Source of the DNA: a virus
Taxonomy: Duplodnaviria; Caudoviricetes
IMG/VR virus record: IMGVR_UViG_3300028275_000007
DNA: 64,000 nt
Reading direction: 5' to 3' (one strand)
The position numbers and the translations under genes were made by a program. A model generated the notes under the pieces. That model saw nothing but the letters and a program-made list of their open reading frames with translations, was not told the DNA's origin and searched no databases. Shown piece after piece: positions 1-9,380 of the stretch; position 1 is the first letter of the stretch; every line of letters starts with the position of its first letter.

Positions 1-1466
1 GCAACTGATGTTCCTTGACTAATATATGGAGATCCAGAAATTGGTGATCCAATAGTTGGACTAGTACCATCAAATGCTATCTGTGTCGATGAAGCCGGTG
101 TATTAAATTTTGAAATTACGGTTAAATTGTTTCCGTTACTGTAAACAGAAAATGTTGGTTGCCCAATACTTGCTCCAGTATAAAAACCAGCTTGTCTTAT
201 TTGAATAAAGGATGTATATAAACTTTCTCCGTTTACTGTTCCCACTTTAGCAGAAGAATAATATGTAAACGAAACTGAACTTGGAATACTATAAATTAAA
301 AACGATCCTTCTGCTCTTCCAAACCCATTTACTGAAGGATTTGTACCTTTGACTGTAATCGGTTGTCCAACGGTAAATCCGTGTGTTCCTGAAGTTGTGA
401 CAGTGATCAATGAAGATCCGAAATATCCTGTATTTGATGAAGCGTCAGTGGTGATAGCCACAACCGAAAGATCAGTTCCTGGAATTTCGTACACCGAAGG
501 ATATCCTCGAATCAACCCCAGGGCCTGCCACTTAGTAGGTTGTAGTCCATATTCAAAGTCAGCGTCGAGCATGGCCTGCGGTGCAGCAACACGCATACGC
601 TCAATAGCATCAGTACCAAATTCCCAAGGACGGATCTGTTGACTTGGTTCTTCAACAAATATCTGTAAACTTGCAGAACTGCTGGTTTGACTTGTATCTA
701 CAGATAATTCAATGGTTGTAATAGTGTCAGTGATCATCCACCAAGTTTTAAAATCAACATCACTTAATAGTTGTCCGTCACCGCTTGATCTACCTTGTTT
801 AAATGTACAAGTGATTGTATTTCCAGGATCTGCAAAGTTGTAAAGGATTTCTCCTGTATCAGTATTTGTGATTAATAATATTTCATTAGGTTCATATTTT
901 CCTAATAATCTAATAGAACTTACACCGGGAAGTTTTGCAGGCATACTAGGTATGCCGTCACTGATAACTGTGCTGAACACCGACCACAAAGAAGTATTTC
1001 TTGCAGCCGCACCGGATTCTGCATTAGAGCCTACATATTTTGTTTGTGTTAGTCCGTTGCCGTATGAAGGAGTTACTGTTAAGTTAGTAAAAATAAAATT
1101 GTTAATAACATCTCTTAGGTACGCTTGTCCAGTAATCTCAGGACTAACATCTCCACGAATCTGTGGCTCACCGTCAATCCAAAAATAATCTGCTACTTGA
1201 CGACATTTAACGTTTCCACCGTATCTTAAATCGTGAATGATAGCATCTAAAAAATATCCAACATCTCGTGTACATTTTGCTGAAGCATATGTGTAATCTA
1301 CATACGGTGCAACATCGTTGGCTATCTGATCGTTAATAAACGCAACTACCTGTGCTTGTAAAAATGCTTTGTTAGCTGTCAATAATGCCACAGCATTTGG
1401 AAATAAGTTATCATCCTTACCTACACCTGGTTCAAATACATATTGTTTTATCTGTTTCTTTGCCAT
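1..1466 (-). CDS. Large virion structural/fibre-associated protein, partial (runs off left edge)
   Basis: Absent from the ORF track because no stop lies in the window. ATG at 1466 gives MAKKQIKQYVFEPGVGKDDNLFPNA..., read manually in frame to the edge (...SQGTSV). Contains KCTRDVGYFLDAIIHDLRYGGN, a module repeated in the 2764-aa fibre. Confidence 0.8.
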   Translation of the reverse strand, partial: MAKKQIKQYVFEPGVGKDDNLFPNAVALLTANKAFLQAQVVAFINDQIANDVAPYVDYTYASAKCTRDVGYFLDAIIHDLRYGGNVKCRQVADYFWIDGEPQIRGDVSPEITGQAYLRDVINNFIFTNLTVTPSYGNGLTQTKYVGSNAESGAAARNTSLWSVFSTVISDGIPSMPAKLPGVSSIRLLGKYEPNEILLITNTDTGEILYNFADPGNTITCTFKQGRSSGDGQLLSDVDFKTWWMITDTITTIELSVDTSQTSSSASLQIFVEEPSQQIRPWEFGTDAIERMRVAAPQAMLDADFEYGLQPTKWQALGLIRGYPSVYEIPGTDLSVVAITTDASSNTGYFGSSLITVTTSGTHGFTVGQPITVKGTNPSVNGFGRAEGSFLIYSIPSSVSFTYYSSAKVGTVNGESLYTSFIQIRQAGFYTGASIGQPTFSVYSNGNNLTVISKFNTPASSTQIAFDGTSPTIGSPISGSPYISQGTSV

Positions 1467-1478
1467 TTATTTTTTTCC

Positions 1479-2075
1479 TTATGCGCCAAACGCAATAGCA
1501 AATGCTGAAATTCTTGAATCAACATAATCTTTTCTTGTAGCGTGGTTTGGTTGAGTAGGTATTTCACTTAAATTTACACTTCCTAACACGTCAATACTTC
1601 CAGTAACATCTACATTTTGTGTAACGCTAACATTTCCTTGAACTGATAATTCTCCAGAACTATCACCTGGACCAATGTTTACTGATTTAAAATTTGCGTC
1701 GCCTGGGTCTTTCAAACCTATATCAATATTATCAATGGTGCCAACTGCGGCCACTGAATTGATAGTAACAACTCCGTTTACAATTTGAATGTATGGAGAT
1801 GATCCTTGAGCAATGGTAAAATCGCCATCAATTTCTAAACCATCTAATACTCCTAACTGTGTTAGTGAGCTGTGTTTAATTTGATCGCCAAGGCTGACTA
1901 CAGAGTCAGTGTTATCAATAATTAATACACCATTAACTGTAAATGTTGGTGCGACATCTAACTGACTTGTGAATAAAACTGCGCCGTTTACACGCAGGTC
2001 GCCAACTTCGTTGACGTAGAAACCGGGGCTTTTAAAACCGCTTTTTGACTCAAAAGGAATATAAGATACTGTCAT
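1479..2075 (-). CDS. Fibre-like virion protein, 198 aa, hydrophobic C-terminus (SAFAIAFGA)
   Basis: ORF track. Beta-strand repeats (GNVSVTQNVDVTGSIDV), a HATRKDYVD motif typical of phage fibre segments, and an exact TATAAATA upstream. Confidence 0.7.
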   Translation of the reverse strand: MTVSYIPFESKSGFKSPGFYVNEVGDLRVNGAVLFTSQLDVAPTFTVNGVLIIDNTDSVVSLGDQIKHSSLTQLGVLDGLEIDGDFTIAQGSSPYIQIVNGVVTINSVAAVGTIDNIDIGLKDPGDANFKSVNIGPGDSSGELSVQGNVSVTQNVDVTGSIDVLGSVNLSEIPTQPNHATRKDYVDSRISAFAIAFGA

Positions 2076-2123
2076 TTAGATCTCCGCTATCACTCCAACT
2101 TCACCTTCTACAAAGACTATGTG

Positions 2124-2131
2124 TATTTATA
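2124..2131 (-). promoter_or_regulatory. T4-type late promoter (TATAAATA)
   Basis: Exact T4 gp55 consensus in the intergenic gap upstream of 1479..2075; gp55 is encoded in the window. Confidence 0.7.
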
Positions 2132-2143
2132 CGGGCTGAAAAG

Positions 2144-2581
2144 TTAATAGCTAACAAGATCATTAATAGTGTGATAGTAAGTTACGCTGTGTATTACTTT
2201 GGCGCCTTCTAACAATGTAGAATTGTCATAGGTGCTATCTTCTGGGCTGTTTGCTGGATTTATTAACACCTGTACTTTTGCTTCGTTAACCGCAGTGGAT
2301 AATTCTATTAAGTTTTCACCTAAATTAGTTTTTCCATATACTGTAACGCTGGCTGTCTCTGGTCCTGCTACAACTAATGCTTTTACAATTTCTTTTCTAA
2401 AATTTCCCACATCTACAACTATCGTGTATTCTGCTGCCATAAAATCTCCCACATACCATTCGTCAAGAACAGTACCTGGAAAAACAGACATCCACGGGCC
2501 TTTATAGGCAAAATTCACGCCGTTTTGAATACGCAGGGTATTCTTAATTCCTTGGAAAAAGTATTTTGCAAAATTGATCAT
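2144..2581 (-). CDS. Hypothetical virion protein, 145 aa
   Basis: ORF track. Beta-rich; resembles the C-terminal domain of 26930..27844. Confidence 0.7.
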   Translation of the reverse strand: MINFAKYFFQGIKNTLRIQNGVNFAYKGPWMSVFPGTVLDEWYVGDFMAAEYTIVVDVGNFRKEIVKALVVAGPETASVTVYGKTNLGENLIELSTAVNEAKVQVLINPANSPEDSTYDNSTLLEGAKVIHSVTYYHTINDLVSY

Positions 2582-2588
2582 AGTTTAG

Positions 2589-2596
2589 TATTTATC
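2589..2596 (-). promoter_or_regulatory. Late promoter variant (GATAAATA)
   Basis: TAAATA core 7 nt upstream of the ATG at 2581, immediately after a terminator. Confidence 0.55.
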
Positions 2597-2603
2597 GGAA
2601 AAC

Positions 2604-2627
2604 AAAAAAGCCCTTTCGGGCTTTTTT
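2604..2627 (-). terminator. Rho-independent terminator (possibly bidirectional)
   Basis: AAAAAAGCCC-TTTC-GGGCTTTTTT at the stop of the carbamoyltransferase; GAAA loop on the minus strand. Confidence 0.85.
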
Positions 2628-4452
2628 AGTTATTCGGAATATGAACTAATTTTCCGTATTCTGGAAGAAATAGATATTCAATATCCGAATTTTGAAGTGT
2701 CCACACAGCATCGTCTAGGGTTTCAACTAACGGTTCTCCACCTAAATTAAAGCTGGTATTAAACAAGATAGGAACTCCTGTTTCTTCTTTAAATGCACTG
2801 ATCAAATTATAGTAGTGTTCGTTCTGTTCTTTAGTAACAGTTTGAATACGACAAGTATGATCTTCGTGGATAATTGACGGAATCTTTTCCTCAATTCCGG
2901 GTTGACAATTTACAGCGTACATCATAAATGGGCTATCTTCCATTCCTCGTAGATCAAACCACTCGTGTACATCGTCTTGCAAAATACTTCCGGCAAATGG
3001 ACGGAAATATTCACGATGCTTAACTGTATTCACAAAATCTTTACCGTCTTTGAACGTAGGGTCAAATAAAACCGAACGATTACCTAGAGCACGTGGACCG
3101 TTTTCTGAGCGGCCTTGGAACATTGTAACAATGTTTTTCTCTCTTAAGAGTTTAACAACATCTTTGTAAGTAGCATCAGTAACTGTTCCGCCTACAGAAG
3201 AAACTTTAGTTTCAATTTCTTCGTTGGTATAAGAATACGCAGGTCCAAGATACAGAGTGTCGTATTTTCTAACGGTAAAATCGTTATACATTCCGTGCCA
3301 GAACATTAATGCTGCACCAATGGCTGTACCTGCGTCATTTGAAATAGGTTCTACATAAAATTCAATACCTTCGTCTTTTAGATATTGCAGATAATAGTAG
3401 TTTGCAACACAGTTTAATCCGTAACCGCCTGACAATACAACCTGTTTCTTACCGCTTTTTTCAACAGCCAATCGAATTAATTTTAAAACTTGTTCCTGAC
3501 TTTGTGTTTGAATAGCATATGCTAGGTCTCTACGACTTTGCATTTCAGTAACATCTTGTCCTTCTTGCGGAAGGTCTTCTAATGAGCTGAACAAGTTCAT
3601 ATTAACAATACTGCTCATTGGATATTTGGGAACAATTAAATTCCTATTTGATAGTGGGAAACTTCCACTTTCATCAAACAATGGGGGGATTTGATCGTTG
3701 GGTTTACCGTAGGGGAACAATCCCATGGTCTTACCTGCTTCGATAGCAGAGAAACCGCAGTATTCAGTTACACCTTCATAGACCTTAACAATGCCTGCAC
3801 GATCAGTGAGTAATGCCTCGTGAGTTTGATTGTTTTCTCCTAGCGGTGCTGAATCAAAATCTGGAATATAAGAAGCAGGAATTGGTTCTCTAGTACCGTA
3901 GTGTTTTCTTAAAGTTTTAAATTCTGCAGGATATTCGCAGTCAACAATAGATTCAACTTCCCAAAACCATAGTTGTTGATTATCGTAGCTAAATGGAAAG
4001 AATGTTCCAGCACCGTCGACGATTAAGGATACAGCATCTTTAAATCCGCTTCTATAAAAAGCACAGGCAGCGTGAAGCTTATGATGCATATGGCTGAAAT
4101 CAATTACCTGAGGGTGGCGCAAGGGAGTACTGGTTTTTCTATCAATTAAACCTAACTTACGAGCCATACCTGTGTAAATGTCGTCACCGGAGTAATCAAT
4201 TTTACCAGCAGTTTCATACAAATTCTGTGTATGAGCAACAATAAGATAATCTAGTTTATCAGTATACTCTAGAATTTTTACCATCGAAGCAAGAGGGCCG
4301 CCGTCATACTTTTGGCGTGTTAGTCTTTCTTCTTCGACTGCAAATACAATCTCACCATCTTTTAGTAAACATATACCAGCATTATGTCCTCTGGTAATAC
4401 CGGCAATCCATACTGGTTTTTTATTTGATTTTTTTACAGATGTAACACTCAT
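2626..4452 (-). CDS. O-carbamoyltransferase, NodU/CmcH/TobZ family, 608 aa
   Basis: EEERLTRQKY, HHKLHAACAFYRSG, DGAG, GKTMGL, LSGGYGLNCVAN (Kae1-like domain) plus GPRALGNRS, KHREYFRPFA, NTSFNLGGEP (YrdC-like domain). Confidence 0.92.
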   Translation of the reverse strand: MSVTSVKKSNKKPVWIAGITRGHNAGICLLKDGEIVFAVEEERLTRQKYDGGPLASMVKILEYTDKLDYLIVAHTQNLYETAGKIDYSGDDIYTGMARKLGLIDRKTSTPLRHPQVIDFSHMHHKLHAACAFYRSGFKDAVSLIVDGAGTFFPFSYDNQQLWFWEVESIVDCEYPAEFKTLRKHYGTREPIPASYIPDFDSAPLGENNQTHEALLTDRAGIVKVYEGVTEYCGFSAIEAGKTMGLFPYGKPNDQIPPLFDESGSFPLSNRNLIVPKYPMSSIVNMNLFSSLEDLPQEGQDVTEMQSRRDLAYAIQTQSQEQVLKLIRLAVEKSGKKQVVLSGGYGLNCVANYYYLQYLKDEGIEFYVEPISNDAGTAIGAALMFWHGMYNDFTVRKYDTLYLGPAYSYTNEEIETKVSSVGGTVTDATYKDVVKLLREKNIVTMFQGRSENGPRALGNRSVLFDPTFKDGKDFVNTVKHREYFRPFAGSILQDDVHEWFDLRGMEDSPFMMYAVNCQPGIEEKIPSIIHEDHTCRIQTVTKEQNEHYYNLISAFKEETGVPILFNTSFNLGGEPLVETLDDAVWTLQNSDIEYLFLPEYGKLVHIPNN

Positions 4453-5384
4453 TCTTTATTCCCCATTACGTGGTTAACTACTAGCGTAGTAATATCATCA
4501 GTCATAGTCATTAGTCTTTCATTTTTTCTATCAATTCTTTCGTCTAAGGTAATTCTAATAGGGCTGTATTCTCTTTCGACTTCTCCCATATCTAGAATAT
4601 CTATTCCTTCAACATTTGGATAACTAACATTTATTGGATAGGTAGCGCCAGTTACAACAACTGCCTGTGTTCCTACTGAATATGCTAAATGTTGTCCTAG
4701 ACTGTCGCAGCCTAAAAACGAATCTGCATACTTGATAATTGAAGCCCATACTCTAATATTAGTATTTTCCGGTGTTGCAACTTCATCTTTTAATTTTGCA
4801 TCAGAAAAATCAACTTTAAACTCACTCATCAAAATTACAGCATATCCATTAGTCTGTAATTTTTTAATAATCTGTTTAACATCTTTAAGTTCAAAACTAC
4901 GGCCAGTTTTATCAATTAATGTTTCGTCGACGTATTCAATACTGCGACCAAATGGCTGGAATACAACTAATTTTTCTTTTTTGAGTTTTTTCTTAACTTC
5001 ATTTACTACATACCTGCCCTGCAATAGTTCGTCTTTAGATAAATTTAACGTAGGCTTAGGAAGGTCTCTAACTCCCTTGCCGTTCAATTCAATATCAAAC
5101 GCCTGTGCAATAGAGCATTTTTGATTGTAGTATTCCCAAATTCTATAAGGTTCCGGAGTAGCAACATCCATATCTTTTAGTTTGTCTTGGAATAGGTTCT
5201 TGTGCCAAACATCGTATACTCGGTGATCTAATGTTGGATGGCCTTTAAACACATCTGTTCCACCTTCACATACAATAATGAAATCTTTGTCTCCGGATTC
5301 CTCTTCGTATTTTTCGAAAGCAGGAATAGAGCAAATCATACGGCCCGCGCCGCCGTTGATAAAAAATGCTTTTGATCTTGTCAA
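4449..5384 (-). CDS. GT-B glycosyltransferase, GT9 (heptosyltransferase)-like
   Basis: N-terminal GGAGRMICSIPA and C-terminal IIKYADSFLGCDSLGQHLAYSVGTQAVVVTGAT match the GT9 pattern. Start placed at TTG 5384 because GGAG lies just upstream (ORF track starts at 5396). Confidence 0.75.
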   Translation of the reverse strand: MTRSKAFFINGGAGRMICSIPAFEKYEEESGDKDFIIVCEGGTDVFKGHPTLDHRVYDVWHKNLFQDKLKDMDVATPEPYRIWEYYNQKCSIAQAFDIELNGKGVRDLPKPTLNLSKDELLQGRYVVNEVKKKLKKEKLVVFQPFGRSIEYVDETLIDKTGRSFELKDVKQIIKKLQTNGYAVILMSEFKVDFSDAKLKDEVATPENTNIRVWASIIKYADSFLGCDSLGQHLAYSVGTQAVVVTGATYPINVSYPNVEGIDILDMGEVEREYSPIRITLDERIDRKNERLMTMTDDITTLVVNHVMGNKE

Positions 5385-5400
5385 TTTAAACTCCAATAAG

Positions 5401-5451
5401 AAAGGCCTTGTGTTGATTATATATCCTTACGGATACATTCACAAGGCCTTT
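5401..5451 (-). promoter_or_regulatory. Extended hairpin in the leader of the glycosyltransferase gene
   Basis: 12-bp inverted repeat AAAGGCCTTGTG/CACAAGGCCTTT enclosing TATCC-GTAA-GGATA (GNRA loop on the minus strand). Confidence 0.55.
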
Positions 5452-5468
5452 TCTGGCTTTAAATTAAT

Positions 5469-6125
5469 TTAGATTTGAATATTACCTAAATCTGGATGCT
5501 TTGGAAACGCAATTTTCCAGTGATCAACTCCCTTGTATTTTGTTGGAAGATCACGCAAAAATGTTTGATATTCTCGAGCTTCGGCAATGGTCTCGTCTGA
5601 TAATCTAGAAAGATCACCGCTTAGTACACGATCATAGTATTCAACCTGCAATGAAATACCGTTCCAGAAATCTGCAGAATTAATTGGATGACCTATAAAC
5701 TTTGGCTGAGTAAACACCTTAAGATTTTTGTCATATTTTAATTCGTTCAAAGCGTGGCAATGTTCAACGATTCCGTCTCCGTTTTTGTATTCATAGACCC
5801 ACTTCTCACCCGTAGGCAACATTTCTTCATAATTGTCAACATCGCCGTGTGTGTAAAATCCTGTGAAATATGCAGCTTCCCAAGGATGGTCTTTTGCTGA
5901 AAATACAAAGAAATCGTAAGTTGGACCGTCGTCAACAATCGATGCTTCCAATTCTTCTTTATTATTGCTCATCCTTTCAACATTTAGACAAACACCAGTT
6001 TGTTCCCATTGTCTTACCAATAGAAATTCTGGTCCGTTATATACGCATTCAACTGTTTTCTTTTTAGCAGTTGTTTGCTTATATGGCTCATCTGGTAGTT
6101 GATGAGTAAATTTTACATTGATCAT
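5469..6125 (-). CDS. Tail-fibre assembly chaperone-like protein, 218 aa
   Basis: C-terminal REYQTFLRDLPTKY...WKIAFPKHP resembles the YRQALRDLP...WP..P signature of phage tail assembly chaperones; follows the fibre-tip-like genes. Confidence 0.6.
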   Translation of the reverse strand: MINVKFTHQLPDEPYKQTTAKKKTVECVYNGPEFLLVRQWEQTGVCLNVERMSNNKEELEASIVDDGPTYDFFVFSAKDHPWEAAYFTGFYTHGDVDNYEEMLPTGEKWVYEYKNGDGIVEHCHALNELKYDKNLKVFTQPKFIGHPINSADFWNGISLQVEYYDRVLSGDLSRLSDETIAEAREYQTFLRDLPTKYKGVDHWKIAFPKHPDLGNIQI

Positions 6126-6131
6126 ATTTTA

Positions 6132-7136
6132 TTACCTCGGAATATAGTTAATTCTTACTAGACCGTAACCGCCTCTCCATCCAAAGTTACAGTGGTCGCC
6201 GCAAGGTGTTGGCATTGTACCGCCTGTACCTGTAGGCATCATTACTTGACAAGCCTGGAACTGATAGCAGCCGCAGCTTTTATCTGATGACCAGCAAGAT
6301 GTTCTTGGAATACCTCTATGTGGTGTTCTAGAAAGAGCATTTACCATAAATTGGAATTGGTGGAAACCTGACCCGTTCCATTGAGAGAAATCAGAGTCTG
6401 TTTCAAAACCGTGTGTTACCACAGCACCGTCACAGGCAAACAAACCTGGCGGAATAGCCACGTGAGCCTGTGTTGAACAAGGGCAATTACTGTAGCAGGT
6501 CCAGAAAGTAGCACAACTAAATCCACCAAATTTATTAATGTCGCCGCCCCAGGCCTGAGCACATCCAGCAGCGCCTGTTGCTGTACCATAGTTACATACA
6601 ATACCGCAGGTTCCGTTTGAATAGTTTGTAAAGCAGAATCCGCCACTCTGGAAACAGCACAATACCGCTGCCGATCCAGGAGCACAATACGCTGTGCCTC
6701 CTCGGCCACCTTGAGCACATATACATCCGTTTGTTGATGCTCCGGTATATTGGTTAATACCTGTCCAACAAACCTGTGTTGGATCAGAACATCCTTTAAA
6801 ACAGAATGTTTCTGGGTTACCACAGCTAATTCCAGCAATACCGCAGATTGTACATCCAGCTACTACGCAGATGCATTTACGAGCCCAAGCTCCCGGGTTT
6901 CCAGGAAGACCAACTCCGCAGCATCTAATACCTGCTGAAGAGCCGCCAGCTCCCCAAACATCAATAATTACACGGCCTGTACCAGGTGCAACCCAACAAA
7001 AGTAGTTGCTAGGGGTAAATTGCATTCCATTATTGCTTGTATTGGAATAGGTAAAAACTTGTCCTTTTTCTAGGCCAATTTCGTCGGTGTCGATTTGATT
7101 TATTTTATTTTCGACTAAAGTTCTTAAAGTTGCCAT
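6132..7136 (-). CDS. Cys-rich glycine-motif protein C (~31 Cys, 334 aa), putative adhesin/fibre tip
   Basis: IDVWGAGG...GCICAQGGRGG...GGDIN...RGGYGLVRINY skeleton shared with two neighbours. Start MATLRTL at 7136 sits 1 nt after the upstream stop (ORF track starts at 7157). Confidence 0.75.
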   Translation of the reverse strand: MATLRTLVENKINQIDTDEIGLEKGQVFTYSNTSNNGMQFTPSNYFCWVAPGTGRVIIDVWGAGGSSAGIRCCGVGLPGNPGAWARKCICVVAGCTICGIAGISCGNPETFCFKGCSDPTQVCWTGINQYTGASTNGCICAQGGRGGTAYCAPGSAAVLCCFQSGGFCFTNYSNGTCGIVCNYGTATGAAGCAQAWGGDINKFGGFSCATFWTCYSNCPCSTQAHVAIPPGLFACDGAVVTHGFETDSDFSQWNGSGFHQFQFMVNALSRTPHRGIPRTSCWSSDKSCGCYQFQACQVMMPTGTGGTMPTPCGDHCNFGWRGGYGLVRINYIPR

Positions 7137-7137
7137 A

Positions 7138-8337
7138 TTAGTACGTATTGCCTCCATCTGTTGGGATGTAACGAATTCTTACGGCACCCATACCACCACG
7201 TCCACCGTGGTCTCGAACGTCACCGCACACGTTTGTAGGATAGCCCCCTTGTCCCATAGGCGCCATTGGAATACAACCGAATGCTTCATAGCATCCGCAG
7301 GCCACTGATCCGTCCCAGCAATGCGCTACTGCATTATGGCTTGGATGACGACTTAATGTTTGTACGCCTGCAATCTGTGCCATTAAACCGTTTCCTGAAA
7401 CTCTTCCGCTTGGGGAATCTGTATCCATTGGGAATGTATATACTCCGCCTTCTGTGGAGTACTGCATAGCTGGAGTGTTATAATGATACAATAGTCTACA
7501 GTTGTTATTGTTTGCTGCGCAGTCAAAGTTTGATGTACAAGAAATTGTGCCGCAACAGTTTATGTCGCCACCAAAAGCACATACTGGGCCACCTGTGTTA
7601 TAAGGCTGATAGAAATCGCTGCAATAGTTACATACTCTAGCACAGATCCACCAACCGCAAATTTCTTTGCCGCCGATTGTTTTTTGACAAAATCTTGTTC
7701 TAGCAAAACATTGCATAACACTCATACCACCGTCAATACACCAGAACACTCCAGACTTACCGCCTTGAGCGCACATACAACCTCTAGTTGAACCAGCAGG
7801 GCAACAAATGTTATGTGTACAGTCACTAGATCTTGGAGCCCAGTTGGATGCCTTAGAATCATTTTGACAAATATTTCCCCAGTTTTCTCCGTTGCCCCAG
7901 CCCCAAGGATTGTTACCTTTCCAAGATGCTGAAGACATTGTTGGATTCATTCCACCGTTGTATATAGGTGTTGGAGAACATCCAAACCAGCAAATACATA
8001 CAGCTTCTGAATAACCTCTACAGTAAGCAGGTGTATCACCGCAGGCTCTTCCAATAAATCCACAGACATAATTTGATGGGCATACGCAGATACATTTTTT
8101 TGCATATGCACCAGGGTTTGGTGGTACTGACATACCGCAGCAACAGCCACGTCCCATACTACCACCAGCACCCCAAATTTCAATAACTGCCAGTCCGCAG
8201 CCCGGTGGCTTCCAACAGAAACCGTTACACAGACCTGTGTATTCGTTTCCGTCTCCGTATACCCAAATACGGCCCTTTTCTAGCTGATCTTCCCAGGCTA
8301 GTTCTCTGTTGCCTAATAATTGACTCAATAGGGCCAT
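7138..8337 (-). CDS. Cys-rich glycine-motif protein B (~39 Cys, 399 aa)
   Basis: IEIWGAGG, GCCC, GCMCAQGG, GGDINCC, RGGMGAVRIRY; paralog of its neighbours. Confidence 0.8.
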   Translation of the reverse strand: MALLSQLLGNRELAWEDQLEKGRIWVYGDGNEYTGLCNGFCWKPPGCGLAVIEIWGAGGSMGRGCCCGMSVPPNPGAYAKKCICVCPSNYVCGFIGRACGDTPAYCRGYSEAVCICWFGCSPTPIYNGGMNPTMSSASWKGNNPWGWGNGENWGNICQNDSKASNWAPRSSDCTHNICCPAGSTRGCMCAQGGKSGVFWCIDGGMSVMQCFARTRFCQKTIGGKEICGWWICARVCNYCSDFYQPYNTGGPVCAFGGDINCCGTISCTSNFDCAANNNNCRLLYHYNTPAMQYSTEGGVYTFPMDTDSPSGRVSGNGLMAQIAGVQTLSRHPSHNAVAHCWDGSVACGCYEAFGCIPMAPMGQGGYPTNVCGDVRDHGGRGGMGAVRIRYIPTDGGNTY

Positions 8338-9365
8338 TAAAATTCTCCCAATTTTACGTGAATTTGATCTTCGTTAACGTTAGTGCCTCTATATGTGATA
8401 CGAATTGCACCGTGACCGCCTCGACGACCAGAATCTCTAACATCTGGACAAGGAGTAGCAGCAGTACCTGGCATACCATATGGCATATAATTCATACAAG
8501 CGTGGTGCTCATAGCAGGTACAGAACGCTGTTGATCTCCAGCAGGTTGTCCAAGGTTGGCCTCCTGTTGGTGATTTAGATGTATAGTTAATCATCATACC
8601 TGCACCAGCCATACCTGATCCTGCCCAACGATCTGGGCCCATATCATTAGGCCAACTAAAACTCATATATCCGCCGTCTTCTGACCAAGTTCCGGCAGGA
8701 TATGGTAATCTTTGAATAAAGTTACAAATACAGAACATTTGTCCGCCACGGAATTCCATAATACCAATACAGCCACAGCAGTTTTTATCTCCGCCGTAGG
8801 CACAGGCAATAAACAAACCTGGACAATAGTTACAGATAATTCCACAGCTATTGCAGATTAATGTTCCGCAGTATCCTGTAGCATAGTAACAGCAGAATGG
8901 GCTCCAAGCACCGGTCCAACAGCAGGTTTTGCCGCCAGCGCCACCTTGTGCGCACATACATCCGTTAGTGTTACCACACAGATCTCTTGCTTTTTCCCAG
9001 ACTACGCAAGTACCTTCTGAGCAGCCAGAGAATGAAAATCCTGAACCAGGGCCGTTACAAGCAACACCTGGTCTACCAAAAATAAACGAACAGCGATCTA
9101 CTGCAATCGTTTTCTTAGAATATGCTCCGGCGTTTCCTGGAAGGCCTACTGAACAACAACAGTTACAAGAACCGGTACCGCCTGCACCCCATATTTCAAT
9201 GGTAGCAGTACCACATCCTGGTGAATTCCAACACCACTGATGTTCAGTTCTGATACAGGCATACATTCCAGACCCACCAGAAACAGAATAAATCTTTCCT
9301 TTAGGCAGATTTTCCTGAAAGGCTGTAATCTGTCTAGTAGAAAGTAAATCGGAAAGTTTTCCCAT
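8337..9365 (-). CDS. Cys-rich glycine-motif protein A (~34 Cys, 342 aa)
   Basis: IEIWGAGG, NCCC, GCMCAQGG, GGDKNCC, RGGHGAIRITY; paralog of its neighbours. Confidence 0.8.
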   Translation of the reverse strand: MGKLSDLLSTRQITAFQENLPKGKIYSVSGGSGMYACIRTEHQWCWNSPGCGTATIEIWGAGGTGSCNCCCSVGLPGNAGAYSKKTIAVDRCSFIFGRPGVACNGPGSGFSFSGCSEGTCVVWEKARDLCGNTNGCMCAQGGAGGKTCCWTGAWSPFCCYYATGYCGTLICNSCGIICNYCPGLFIACAYGGDKNCCGCIGIMEFRGGQMFCICNFIQRLPYPAGTWSEDGGYMSFSWPNDMGPDRWAGSGMAGAGMMINYTSKSPTGGQPWTTCWRSTAFCTCYEHHACMNYMPYGMPGTAATPCPDVRDSGRRGGHGAIRITYRGTNVNEDQIHVKLGEF

Positions 9366-9380
9366 ATCTTTTATTTCCTA

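Noticed and set aside
349-1188. Plus-strand ORFs 349..642 and 868..1188, and similar short antisense ORFs across the window
   Set aside because: They lie antisense to or within long, well-supported genes and lack RBSs or recognisable motifs.
6132-9365. Diversity-generating retroelement or RiPP precursors explaining the Cys-rich trio
   Set aside because: No reverse transcriptase, adenine-specific repeat pair, radical SAM, YcaO or Lan enzyme was seen in the window; the proteins are 330-400 aa with an adhesin-like skeleton.
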